Origin: Polyangiales bacterium
GTDB taxonomy: Bacteria; Myxococcota_A; Polyangia; Polyangiales; Polyangiaceae
DNA: 64,000 nt
Direction of reading: 5' to 3'
Assembly (NCBI GenBank): GCA_038209335.1
Contig: JBBQXV010000002.1
Location: 18,880 to 82,879 of the forward strand
Shown one piece after another: positions 29,639-38,386 of this stretch (positions within the stretch are counted from its first letter, which is position 1; each line of letters starts with the position of its first letter). The position numbers and the translations under genes were made by a program. The notes under the pieces were generated by a model. It ran no database searches. It saw only the letters and a program-made list of their open reading frames with translations, and was not told the DNA's origin.

Positions 29639-30573
29639 TTAGCGCTCAATCTTCGGAGCGGCGAGCAGGACCGCCGACGGCGACGTCGTGTCGAGCGCGA
29701 CGTCGGTGGCGACGGGGATGCCGGCCCAATGCGCGATCGCCGCGAGGAAATCGCGCGCCGAGGCGAAGCGCTTGGCCTTGTCGCGTGCCATTCCTTTCTC
29801 GACGATCGCGACGAAGCCCGCGTCGAGCCCGGGCACCAGATCCAGCGGCGACGGCGGCGTCTCGCTGTTGATCTTGATCGCGAGGTCGACGTACGACGGC
29901 GCGCGAAACGGAACCTGCCCGGTGATGGCTCGGTAGATGACGACACCGACCGCGTACAGATCCGATCGCGCGTCGACCTCGCTCATCTGACCGCGCGCTT
30001 GCTCCGGCGGCATGAAATGCGGCGTGCCGAGGACCGAGCCCGGAAGCGTGAGGCGCTTTCCTCCCGGTATGTCTTCGGCTTCGATCTTCGCGAGCCGAAG
30101 TCGATGAGCTTCACGGTCTCGCCGGTCGGTCGTTTGGCAAAGTAGATGTTGTGCGGATTGATGTCGCGATGAACGACGCCGACGTCGTGCACCTTCGCGA
30201 GCCCGTCGAGGAGGCCGAACGAGAAACGGAGCACCTCCTTGATCGGCATCGGTCCGAAGTTTTCGAGGCGCGTCTGCAACGTCTCGCCGTCGAGGTACTC
30301 CATCACGATGAAGCGCTCGCCCGTCGGCAGCGCGCCGACGTCGAGGAACTCGACGAGATGCGGCGAGCGCACGAGGTTCGCGACGCGCGCCTCGCGTTCG
30401 AAGCGCGCGACGATCTCGCGATCCTTCGCCACCGCGGGCAAGAGCGCTTTGATCGCGACCGACCGACCGCTTCGCGTGTCCTCGCCTTCGAAGACGGCGC
30501 CCATTCCGCCCTCGGCGATCAGCCGGACGACACGATACTTTCCATCGACGATCGAGCCGATCGAGAGCGCCAT
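29639..30573 (-). pseudogene. Hanks-type Ser/Thr protein kinase (kinase domain only) disrupted by a 1-bp deletion right after the DFG motif
   Basis: ORF 29983-30669 carries the N-lobe ([27 protein letters not shown]). ORF 29639-30013 carries the C-lobe (MPPEQ.., SDLYAVGVV..). Restoring one C in GGC(C)TCGCG at about 30094 gives a continuous [36 protein letters not shown]. Confidence 0.7.
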
Positions 30574-30592
30574 CTGCAGCGAGCCTATGTCA

Positions 30593-31837
30593 TCACGATT
30601 CGGGAAAAAAGGGCGGCCGGTGCGGCGCGGCGAACGATCGCGAGCGCGTGGCGTCGTCCGATTCGGCACGCTGCTCGACCGCGAACCCGTCGAGCCCTTT
30701 GAAGAGCAGGAAGCCGCCGCGCACGAGACGGCTCACGACGAGGTGCCCGCTCGATCGGTCGCGCGCGCCGAGCGGTGTCGGATCCTCGTCGAGCCCGAGC
30801 TCGGCGCACGTCTCGGCGTCGGACCCGTCGTCGAGCCGCGCGCGACCGACGACGCGCAGCGCGCGCCCGTTCACGAAGATCTGCGAGCCGTGCTCGAGCC
30901 GTCCGTACGAATTGTCCGCGCACACGAGCTCGAAGCCGCGCGCGCGGAGGATCGCGGGTGCGTCGCCGCACGGCGTGTGACCGACGACGAGGCGCTCGAT
31001 CCCGTTCGCGCGCAAATGATCGACGACCGCGGGTGACGGCAGGTGCGGGTTGTTCGTCGCGTCGGAGAGACGGCCGTAGACGACGCTCGCTTGGTTGTTC
31101 CGCGTTCCGGGGATCGGCGCTTGGTACGCGACGATCGCTTCGTACGTCGAAGCGTCGTCGCCGGGGCGCGCGTTGCGGAAGCCGTCGATCTGCGTGCGGT
31201 ACCAATCGTTCAGCGCGAAAATCCAATCGTCGACGCGATCGCGCGTCGAGGTCGCGCCGGGAACGACGCCGAGGCTCTCGTCGGTGACGGCGCCATGAAC
31301 GAAGAGCGTCTCGTCGGCGCGGAACGCGAGTTGGCATCGCGCGAGGTAGCTCGGGATCGCGCCGTCCGGTGCGACGTCGGCGAGGAAGCTTTCGGCCACG
31401 TCGTCGTCGCTCGGTGCGTGTGCGCCGGCCGCGATCTCCGACGCGCGCATCGCGAACGCTTCGCGCGCACCCATCGTGTTCGGGAAGATCCAGCGAAGGA
31501 GCTCTCCGCGCGAGGCGCTCGCGATCTCGATCGGCGCGCGACGCGGCGGATGCCCGGCGAGCTCGCGACGCAACCGAAGCTTGTTGATGTCGCGGTTGCC
31601 TGCGAGCAAGACGACGCGATCGGGCTGACGCTCTTTCGCTTCGAGGAGGGTCGCGATGATTCGCCTCCCGTACACGCCGCGATCGATCGCGTCGCCACCG
31701 AAGACGAAGATCGCGTCGTCCGCGACATGGAGGTGCCCTTCGCGATCGAGCGTGACGTGAGGGTTCGACGTCGCGAACGCTTCGAGCTTCTCCCAACGCC
31801 CTTCGACGTCGGTCACATACGCGATCGCGGGTCGCAC
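30593..31837 (-). CDS. Calcineurin-like metallophosphoesterase (PPP-type phosphatase fold)
   Basis: GDAIDRG, GNRD and GHTP metal-binding motifs are present. Its stop lies 20 nt upstream of the kinase start on the same strand. Confidence 0.75.
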   Translation of the reverse strand: MRPAIAYVTDVEGRWEKLEAFATSNPHVTLDREGHLHVADDAIFVFGGDAIDRGVYGRRIIATLLEAKERQPDRVVLLAGNRDINKLRLRRELAGHPPRRAPIEIASASRGELLRWIFPNTMGAREAFAMRASEIAAGAHAPSDDDVAESFLADVAPDGAIPSYLARCQLAFRADETLFVHGAVTDESLGVVPGATSTRDRVDDWIFALNDWYRTQIDGFRNARPGDDASTYEAIVAYQAPIPGTRNNQASVVYGRLSDATNNPHLPSPAVVDHLRANGIERLVVGHTPCGDAPAILRARGFELVCADNSYGRLEHGSQIFVNGRALRVVGRARLDDGSDAETCAELGLDEDPTPLGARDRSSGHLVVSRLVRGGFLLFKGLDGFAVEQRAESDDATRSRSFAAPHRPPFFPES

Positions 31838-31934
31838 ACCCGGAGCATACGCGGACCGTGCGGGCGGATCCGACCGCCGAGACGCTCACGGGACGGTGCG
31901 TTAGGCTGCGGCCGCGCTAGGGATATCCCCGCAG

Positions 31935-32004
31935 TTTCCGGCGCGGTTGATCTTCGTGCCTGTATGATATAGACGTAAAGAGTTCCTTACGGGAGGCAGC
32001 ATCC
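31935..32004 (+). promoter_or_regulatory. AT-rich promoter-like island upstream of the small Cys-rich lipoprotein gene
   Basis: ttgatcttcgtgcctgtatgatatagacgtaaagagttccttacGGGAGGcagcatccATG. GC content drops locally to about 45 %. A TATGAT(AT) -10-like element and a GGGAGG ribosome-binding site sit 8 nt from the ATG. Confidence 0.35.
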
Positions 32005-32373
32005 ATGGCATTCACGCTTCGGCGCGCAGCGGGCGCTTCTGTCTCGATTTTCGGCCTCCTCACGGCGTGCGCCTCCACGGGCGATGCGACGATCGATGAC
32101 GGCGATGCCGGCGGGGTCGGCGCCCACGACTCGGCGGTCGCCGCGGACGTCGGCTCCGTCTACGACAGCAACACCGGCCACGACGGCGCGTCGAACACCG
32201 ACGGCGGTGGCGGCGTGTGCATGGCCAACTGCACGTCGGACACCGAATGCCAGAACACCTGCCCGATGGCGCCGAACAACGGCACCAACTGCTGCGACGT
32301 CGGATCGGGCGTCTGCTTCGCCAGCTCGTCGAGCACCTGTCCGGTCAACGGCAACGACGCCGGGATGGACTGA
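32005..32373 (+). CDS. Small secreted Cys-rich lipoprotein, hypothetical
   Basis: MAFTLRRAAGASVSIFGLLTAC|AS is a lipobox. An Asp/Gly-rich linker is followed by 8 Cys (C-x3-C-x5-C-x3-C...CC...C...C). A strong ribosome-binding site is present. Confidence 0.6.
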   Translation: MAFTLRRAAGASVSIFGLLTACASTGDATIDDGDAGGVGAHDSAVAADVGSVYDSNTGHDGASNTDGGGGVCMANCTSDTECQNTCPMAPNNGTNCCDVGSGVCFASSSSTCPVNGNDAGMD

Positions 32374-32382
32374 CGACGCGCT

Positions 32383-34518
32383 TCAGTCCGCTGTCACGAT
32401 CGGCACTTCGCCGACGAGCGTATCGAAGATCGCGAGCCACCCGGTGCTCTCGGGTGCGCGGCCGATGCAGCGTGCGATGAACGTGTGACGCCCGATGGCG
32501 AGATCGCGCGTGACGGCGTCGCCGCGTCGCTTCTCCGTTTTCTCGGCCCAGCCGCGCCACGTGGCGAGTGGTTCTCCGTCGATCGCGATCGCATAGTCGC
32601 CGTGATCCGGTCCGGCGATCCCGTCGACGCGGAGTGCGAAGTGTCCCGCGACCGAGACGTCGAACGGAATCGTGAGCATCGCGCCTTCGCGTGACCACGC
32701 GACGAAGAGCGCGGCGTCTCCGCTCGCGCCGACGAAGTCGAAGTAGCGTGCGCCGAGACCGTTGGTGCGTTGGAACGACGGCCACGCGCGTTCGAGCTCG
32801 ACGAAGAGCCCGGGTGGTGGTGGTGGCGGCGCGTACAAGCGTCCGATCTCGTCGTGATCGAGCGCTAGGAAGAGCGGGAGCTCCGGGTGGACGCGTCGGA
32901 GCTCGACGTTACCGGAGCGATCGTCGAGCACGATGTGCCGGTCGCGTCCGTCGAGGAGCGGATCGAACGCAGCGGTCACGGCGGTCGGGTCGCGGCTCTC
33001 GACGATGCCGCGATCGATCGAATGGCGTTGGACGATGCGACGGAGATCGGAGCGCGAGGCGTGGAAGTCGACGACGCGCTTTTGCCGCAAGAGCCAGACG
33101 GGGCGTTGCGCGATCGCGATCGCCGTGATCGCCGCGACGATCGCCGCGCCGCGAACGTGCGCGCCGTCGAGCCATCCGCTCTCGCGATGCGGCGGCACTG
33201 CGAGCGCGCGCGCGACGAGCAAGTACAAGCACGGCGCCGCCGGGAAGAGATGGCGTGCGCCGTACGCCGGTGCGTTTCCGTAATAGAAGAGGCCGTACGC
33301 GATCGTCAGCGCGAGGACGAAGGCCGCGCACGCTGCGTCGCCACCCGACGGACGACGCACGAGGAGCAAGAACGCGAGGAGGCCGATCGGCGCGAAGCCG
33401 AAGAGATCTTCGCCGAGCACGCTCGCGCGTTCGCGCGTCACGCGGAGCGCGTCGTCGATGCGGTAGCCGTCGGCGCCGTCCTTCGCGACGGCGTCGGGAT
33501 GCTCGACGTTGCAGCCGATGTCCGCGCCGAAACCGAGGCGATGGCACTGCGGTGGATAGTCCGAGCGCGCGAAGTATTCGGACTGCGTCGGGGTGAAGAC
33601 GGATCCGGTCGCGACGCGTTGCTCGGCGGCCAGGAGCGCCAGGAAGGGGAGGGCGGCGGCGAGCGCGAGGGCGAGCGGTCGGATCGGAAGCGCGCGCTCG
33701 GATCGGCGCGCGTGTACGACCGCGAGGGTGACGACGACGACGGCGGCCGCGACGACGCCGTCGAGGAGGCGCGCGCTGATCGTCCAACCGACGCACGCGC
33801 CGATCGCGGCGGCGAGCGCGCGTGACGGACGCGCGGCGTAGAAGAGCGCGCACGCGAGCGCCGTCGTCACGAGGACGGCGACGAACGCGTGCGACAGGAG
33901 ATCCGCGGTCTCGATCGCACGCGCGAAGCTCGGCAGCGTGAGGAGCAGCGACGCGCGTGTCGCGAGCTCGCCATCGTCGCTCGCGCGTGAAACGATACCG
34001 ACCGCGCGACCGAGCGCGTACTGCGCGAGGACGAGGAGCCCCGCCGTCACCGGCCCGGCGAGCATCGGCACACCGAGCTTCACGAAGAGCGCGACGAAGA
34101 GCGGATATCCCGGCGGAAAGACGCCGTACATCCGACCGTCCGCCCCTTCGAACAGGAAGCGCTGACCGAACGCGAGCGCGGGCTCCGGGATCGGCGCGCC
34201 GAACGATCCGTGCGCGATCGCGCGCGCTTCCATCAAGTAGACGCTCGCGTCGATCGAGAGCGGCGCCTCGTGGAGCGTCGCGTGAACGAACACGTACGAG
34301 ATCGCCGCGGCGACGAGCGCGCACGTGGTCACGAAGACGCGCGACGGAATCGCCACGAGCGCTTCAGGAACGCGCGACGTCACCGGTTTCAGCGCGAGGG
34401 CGACGACGAGCGCGCCGAGGAGCGCCGCCGCGCCGGCGATTGGCCACGCGGACGCGCGGGGCAGCGCCAACGCCGCCCACGCGATGAGTCCGACCGCCCC
34501 CAAAATCCGCGTCGCCAA
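32383..34518 (-). CDS. Large polytopic membrane protein, GT-C-fold glycosyltransferase-like (ArnT/PMT-like), with a C-terminal extracytoplasmic domain
   Basis: 711 aa. The N-terminal 420 residues are highly hydrophobic and carry multiple TM helices. The C-terminal roughly 250 residues are soluble. Confidence 0.5.
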   Translation of the reverse strand: MATRILGAVGLIAWAALALPRASAWPIAGAAALLGALVVALALKPVTSRVPEALVAIPSRVFVTTCALVAAAISYVFVHATLHEAPLSIDASVYLMEARAIAHGSFGAPIPEPALAFGQRFLFEGADGRMYGVFPPGYPLFVALFVKLGVPMLAGPVTAGLLVLAQYALGRAVGIVSRASDDGELATRASLLLTLPSFARAIETADLLSHAFVAVLVTTALACALFYAARPSRALAAAIGACVGWTISARLLDGVVAAAVVVVTLAVVHARRSERALPIRPLALALAAALPFLALLAAEQRVATGSVFTPTQSEYFARSDYPPQCHRLGFGADIGCNVEHPDAVAKDGADGYRIDDALRVTRERASVLGEDLFGFAPIGLLAFLLLVRRPSGGDAACAAFVLALTIAYGLFYYGNAPAYGARHLFPAAPCLYLLVARALAVPPHRESGWLDGAHVRGAAIVAAITAIAIAQRPVWLLRQKRVVDFHASRSDLRRIVQRHSIDRGIVESRDPTAVTAAFDPLLDGRDRHIVLDDRSGNVELRRVHPELPLFLALDHDEIGRLYAPPPPPPGLFVELERAWPSFQRTNGLGARYFDFVGASGDAALFVAWSREGAMLTIPFDVSVAGHFALRVDGIAGPDHGDYAIAIDGEPLATWRGWAEKTEKRRGDAVTRDLAIGRHTFIARCIGRAPESTGWLAIFDTLVGEVPIVTAD

Positions 34519-34563
34519 CGAAGCGCAACGTTACACCATCAATGTGCGCTAAATGTCGTCCGC

Positions 34564-36933
34564 GTGAGCTCTCTGTCCCGCCAGGCTGGGCTCTTCGTGC
34601 TCGGACTCACGTCCGCGGCGATCGTCGCGACCGAGGTGCTCGTGACGCGCCTCCTCTCTGTGAGCACGTGGTACGGGCTCGCGTTTCTCGTGTTGTCGAT
34701 CGCGATGCTCGGCGTGACGAGCGGATCGCTCGCGGCGATGAAGGCGCAGAAGGAAGCCGCGCCGATGACGCCGTGGATCGCGAAGCGGCTGCTCGTGTTC
34801 GCGATCGGGCTCGTCGGGGCAACGATCGTCATTCTCACCGTGCCGCTCTCGTTCGCGCCGGACGCGGCGTCGTTCGCGTCGCTACTTCTCGTGATCGGGG
34901 CGGCGACGTTGCCGATGGTCGCGGGCGGGAGCGTCGTCGCGCGCCTCATGGCCGAGTCGCCGGTCGCGCTTCCGGTCGTGTATGCCGTGGATCTCGTCGC
35001 GGCCGCGGGCGGCGCGCTCTTGCCGCTCGCGATGCTCGGGCCGATGTCGGGACCCGGCGCGATGATCGCGGTCGCGGCCGCGCTCGCGGCGTCGGCGAGT
35101 GTCCTCGCGTCGAACGGCGCGCGTCGCGTCGCGCGCGGCGTATGCGCGGGAATGATCGCGCTCCTCGCGCTGACGGAATTCACGTCGCACGGCCTAGTCG
35201 TCCGGTACGCGAAGGGGGTCCCGCTGATGGACGGCGCGCCGCTCTTCGATGCGTGGAACCCGCTGTCGTACGTCGCGCTCACGAGCTTCGCGCCGCGCCC
35301 GTTCCCGCTCTGGTCGTACGCGCCGACGACGCCGCCTCGCAATCATCCGGTCGCGGTCGCGCGGATCGACGGCGACGCGTCGACGATCGTCTACGCCTAC
35401 GCGACGCTCGACAAGCTCGAGCTCCTCAAGTCCGACGCCACGTCGTCGGCGCACGCGCTTCGTCCGAACGGAACGGCGTGCGTCATCGGCACCGGCGGCG
35501 GTCGCGATCTCGAAGCGGCTCTTCTGTGGGGACACGACGAAGTCGTCGGCTTCGAGATCAACCCGGCGATGATCGCGATGCTCCAAAGCGTCGCGGCGTA
35601 CTCGCCGATCCTTCGCGACTCGCGTGTGCGCGTCATCGTCGGCGACGGTCGCACCGAGCTCGCGCGGAGCGGCGTGAAGTGCCGCGTGCTCCAAGCGTCG
35701 CTCGTCGATACGTGGGCCGCGACGAGCGCCGGTGCGTTCGCGCACACCGAGTCGACGCTCTACACGCGCGAGGCGTGGTCGCTCTTCTTGCGCCGCGTCG
35801 AGCCGGACGGCGTGCTCACGTTCTCGCGTTGGTACGATCCGTCGCGCTTGAGCGAGACGTCGCGCCTCGTCGCGCTCGCGGTGGCGTCGTTGCTCGATCG
35901 CGGCGCCGTCCGCCCGCGCGATCACATCGCGCTCGTCGCGGCGAGCAAGGTCGCGACGATGCTCGTCAGCCCGACGCCGCTGTCAGCGACGGATCTCGCG
36001 ACGCTGCGCGATCACGCGACGAAGCTCCAGCTCGAGACGCTCGTCATCCCGGGAGAGCCGTCGAAGGACCCGCTCCTCGACACGATCCTCGACGCGCCGA
36101 ACGACGCGGCGCTCGCCGCCGCGGGCGCATCGCAAAACCTAGACACGTCGGCGCCGACCGACGATCGCCCGTTCTTTTTCCAGATCCTCTCGGCGCGCGC
36201 GTGGCTTCATCCGATCGACGTCACGCGCAAGTTCGGGATGAAGCAGGGGGCGCTCTCGGGAAACGTCGCGTCGACGTTCGAGCTGTTGCTGACGTTCGGC
36301 GCTGTGCTGATCGTCGCGGCGTTTCTACTCGGGCCGACGCTCGTCCGCGCGGCGCGCGACGCGAAGCCGCCGCTCCCGGGATGGCGCGCGGCGGCGTACT
36401 TCGGCGCGCTCGGCGCGGGCTTCATGATCGCGGAGATCGCGCTCATCCAACGAATGCACGTCGTGCTCGGGCATCCGACGTACGCGCTCGTCGTCGTCCT
36501 CGCGGGCCTGCTCGTCGCGACGGGCGTCGGCAGCGCGCTGTCGGCGAAGGTCGTGCGATCGCGCGCGGCGGTGAGCGTCGTCGCCGCGCTCGCGGCGGCG
36601 CTTCTCGTCGCGACGCCGTTCGTCATCATCCGTCCGCTCGCGCGCGCGACGATGGAATCGCCGTACGGCACGCGCGTCTTGTGGACCGCGGGCTGCTCGG
36701 CGGCGCTCGGTCTCGTGATGGGCATGCTCTTTCCGGCGGGGCTGCGCTTCGCGGATCGCGAGCGCGCGGCGCCGGTCGCGCTGGCTCTCAACGGCGCGAC
36801 GAGCGTCCTCGGGAGCGTCGCCGCAGTGATGATCTCGGTGTGGGCGGGGATCCCGGCGAGCTTCGTCGTTGCAGGATGCATCTATGTCGTCGCCGCGGCG
36901 TGCGGACCCGTGCGGTGGAGAAACGCGGAGTAG
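34564..36933 (+). CDS. Fused MFS-like membrane domain / spermidine-synthase-like (polyamine aminopropyltransferase fold) protein
   Basis: N- and C-terminal TM bundles flank a SAM-dependent methyltransferase-like core (VIGTGGGRDLEAALLWG..VGFEINPAMI..VGDGRTEL). The probable GTG start at 34564 is in frame with track ORF 34210-36933. Confidence 0.7.
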   Translation: MSSLSRQAGLFVLGLTSAAIVATEVLVTRLLSVSTWYGLAFLVLSIAMLGVTSGSLAAMKAQKEAAPMTPWIAKRLLVFAIGLVGATIVILTVPLSFAPDAASFASLLLVIGAATLPMVAGGSVVARLMAESPVALPVVYAVDLVAAAGGALLPLAMLGPMSGPGAMIAVAAALAASASVLASNGARRVARGVCAGMIALLALTEFTSHGLVVRYAKGVPLMDGAPLFDAWNPLSYVALTSFAPRPFPLWSYAPTTPPRNHPVAVARIDGDASTIVYAYATLDKLELLKSDATSSAHALRPNGTACVIGTGGGRDLEAALLWGHDEVVGFEINPAMIAMLQSVAAYSPILRDSRVRVIVGDGRTELARSGVKCRVLQASLVDTWAATSAGAFAHTESTLYTREAWSLFLRRVEPDGVLTFSRWYDPSRLSETSRLVALAVASLLDRGAVRPRDHIALVAASKVATMLVSPTPLSATDLATLRDHATKLQLETLVIPGEPSKDPLLDTILDAPNDAALAAAGASQNLDTSAPTDDRPFFFQILSARAWLHPIDVTRKFGMKQGALSGNVASTFELLLTFGAVLIVAAFLLGPTLVRAARDAKPPLPGWRAAAYFGALGAGFMIAEIALIQRMHVVLGHPTYALVVVLAGLLVATGVGSALSAKVVRSRAAVSVVAALAAALLVATPFVIIRPLARATMESPYGTRVLWTAGCSAALGLVMGMLFPAGLRFADRERAAPVALALNGATSVLGSVAAVMISVWAGIPASFVVAGCIYVVAAACGPVRWRNAE

Positions 36934-37006
36934 GAGCGATCGGCGGCGGAGACCGTGCCTCCGCCTTGACCTCCTCGTCGCCGTCGGTTCTCCTCGGGCG
37001 CTCACC

Positions 37007-38122
37007 ATGACGACGCTTCACGTGAGCACACGCAAGGGCCTTTGGTTTCTTCATAGCGACGATCGCGCGCGATTCCGACTCGAAGGCCCGCACCATCACG
37101 GCCACATCGTGCACCACACCGTGCTCGATCCGCGCGACGGTCGCACGCTGCTCGCGGCGATGCGCACGGGGCACCTCGGTCCTGTCGTCATGCGCTCGCT
37201 CGATCGGGGCGAGACGTGGAAGGAGCTCGCGGCGCCGACGTTTCCGAAAGGCGAGCCGCGTGGACGCGCCGTCGATCACGTCTTCTGGCTGACCCCGGGC
37301 CACGCGTCGCAGCCCGGCGTTTGGTACGCGGGCACTTCGCCGCAAGGGCTCTTTCGCACCGAGGACGCCGGCGACTCGTGGCAGCCGGTGAGCGGTTACA
37401 ACGATCACCCGGATCAGGCCACCTGGGCCGGCGGCGACAAAGACCAGACACCCGACGGCGGCAAGCTGCATTCGATCCTCGTCGACCCGCGCGACCCGAA
37501 GCACCTCTACGTCGCGATGTCCGGCGGCGGTTTCTTCGAGTCGATCGACGGCGGTCTCGCGTTTCGTCCGATGAGCCTCGGCGTAGAGAATCCGTATTTG
37601 CCCAAGCTCCCCGACGGCGCGGAGCACCTCTTTGGAGACGATCCGCATTGCGTCGTTTCGCATCCAAAGCGACCCGATCGCCTCTGGCAGCAAAGCCATT
37701 TCGGCATTTACCTGCTCGACCGCGAGAAGGGCGAGCGATGGACGCGCATCGGGCGCGCGATGCCGAGCGACGTCGGCGATATCGGTTTTCCGATCGTCCT
37801 GCATCCGCGCGACACCGATACCGCGTGGGTGTTCCCCATGGATGGCACCACGGTGTGGCCCCGCACGAGCCCCGGAGGAAAGCCTGCGCTGTACGTGACA
37901 CGCGACGCCGGCGCGACGTGGGAGCGACGCGACGGTGGATTCCCCACGACGCAGGCGTGGTGGACGGTGAAGCGTCAAGCGATGACCGCCGACGCGGGCG
38001 ATCCCGTCGGGCTCTACTTCGGCACGACGAGCGGCGAGGTGTGGGCGAGCAACGACGAGGCAAAGAGCTTCACGTGCATCGCGCGTCACCTGCCCGAGAT
38101 CTACGCGGTCACGGTCGCGTAA
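37007..38122 (+). CDS. BNR/sialidase-like beta-propeller protein (Ycf48 / glycosyl-hydrolase-like)
   Basis: Contains SxDxGxTW-type BNR motifs (SLDRGETW, TEDAGDSW, TRDAGATW, SIDGGLAF). The ATG at 37007 is in frame with track ORF 36869-38122. Confidence 0.7.
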   Translation: MTTLHVSTRKGLWFLHSDDRARFRLEGPHHHGHIVHHTVLDPRDGRTLLAAMRTGHLGPVVMRSLDRGETWKELAAPTFPKGEPRGRAVDHVFWLTPGHASQPGVWYAGTSPQGLFRTEDAGDSWQPVSGYNDHPDQATWAGGDKDQTPDGGKLHSILVDPRDPKHLYVAMSGGGFFESIDGGLAFRPMSLGVENPYLPKLPDGAEHLFGDDPHCVVSHPKRPDRLWQQSHFGIYLLDREKGERWTRIGRAMPSDVGDIGFPIVLHPRDTDTAWVFPMDGTTVWPRTSPGGKPALYVTRDAGATWERRDGGFPTTQAWWTVKRQAMTADAGDPVGLYFGTTSGEVWASNDEAKSFTCIARHLPEIYAVTVA

Positions 38123-38379
38123 TGCGCGTGCTCGTCCCTTCGCACCTCCGGAGCTATACGAACGGCGTGGGCGAGGTGATGAGCCACGGCGAGACCCTCG
38201 ACGACGTGATGCACGATCTCGATGCGCGCTTCAAAGGATTGCGCGCGCGCGTCATCGACGAACAAGATCGCATCCGTTCGCACGTGAAGTTCTTCGTCGG
38301 CGGCGAGCAGGCGGACACGCTCGGCACGCGAGTGGGGGACCGCGAGGTGCAGATCGTTGCGGCATTCTCGGGCGGATGA
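38122..38379 (+). CDS. MoaD/ThiS/CysO-family ubiquitin-like small protein with a C-terminal Gly-Gly
   Basis: An 85-aa protein, MRVLVPSHLRSYTNG...RSHVKFFVGGEQADTLGTRVGDREVQIVAAFSGG*, ends in GG like sulfur-carrier proteins. Its ATG overlaps the upstream stop as TAATG. It is in frame with the C-terminal part of track ORF 37216-38379. Confidence 0.7.
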   Translation: MRVLVPSHLRSYTNGVGEVMSHGETLDDVMHDLDARFKGLRARVIDEQDRIRSHVKFFVGGEQADTLGTRVGDREVQIVAAFSGG

Positions 38380-38386
38380 GCGCGCG

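Noticed and set aside
25434-29642. A 1402-aa plus-strand ORF
   Set aside because: It is antisense to the histidine kinase and FadN genes, both of which have unmistakable catalytic motifs. Its composition is dominated by R/A/E/D.
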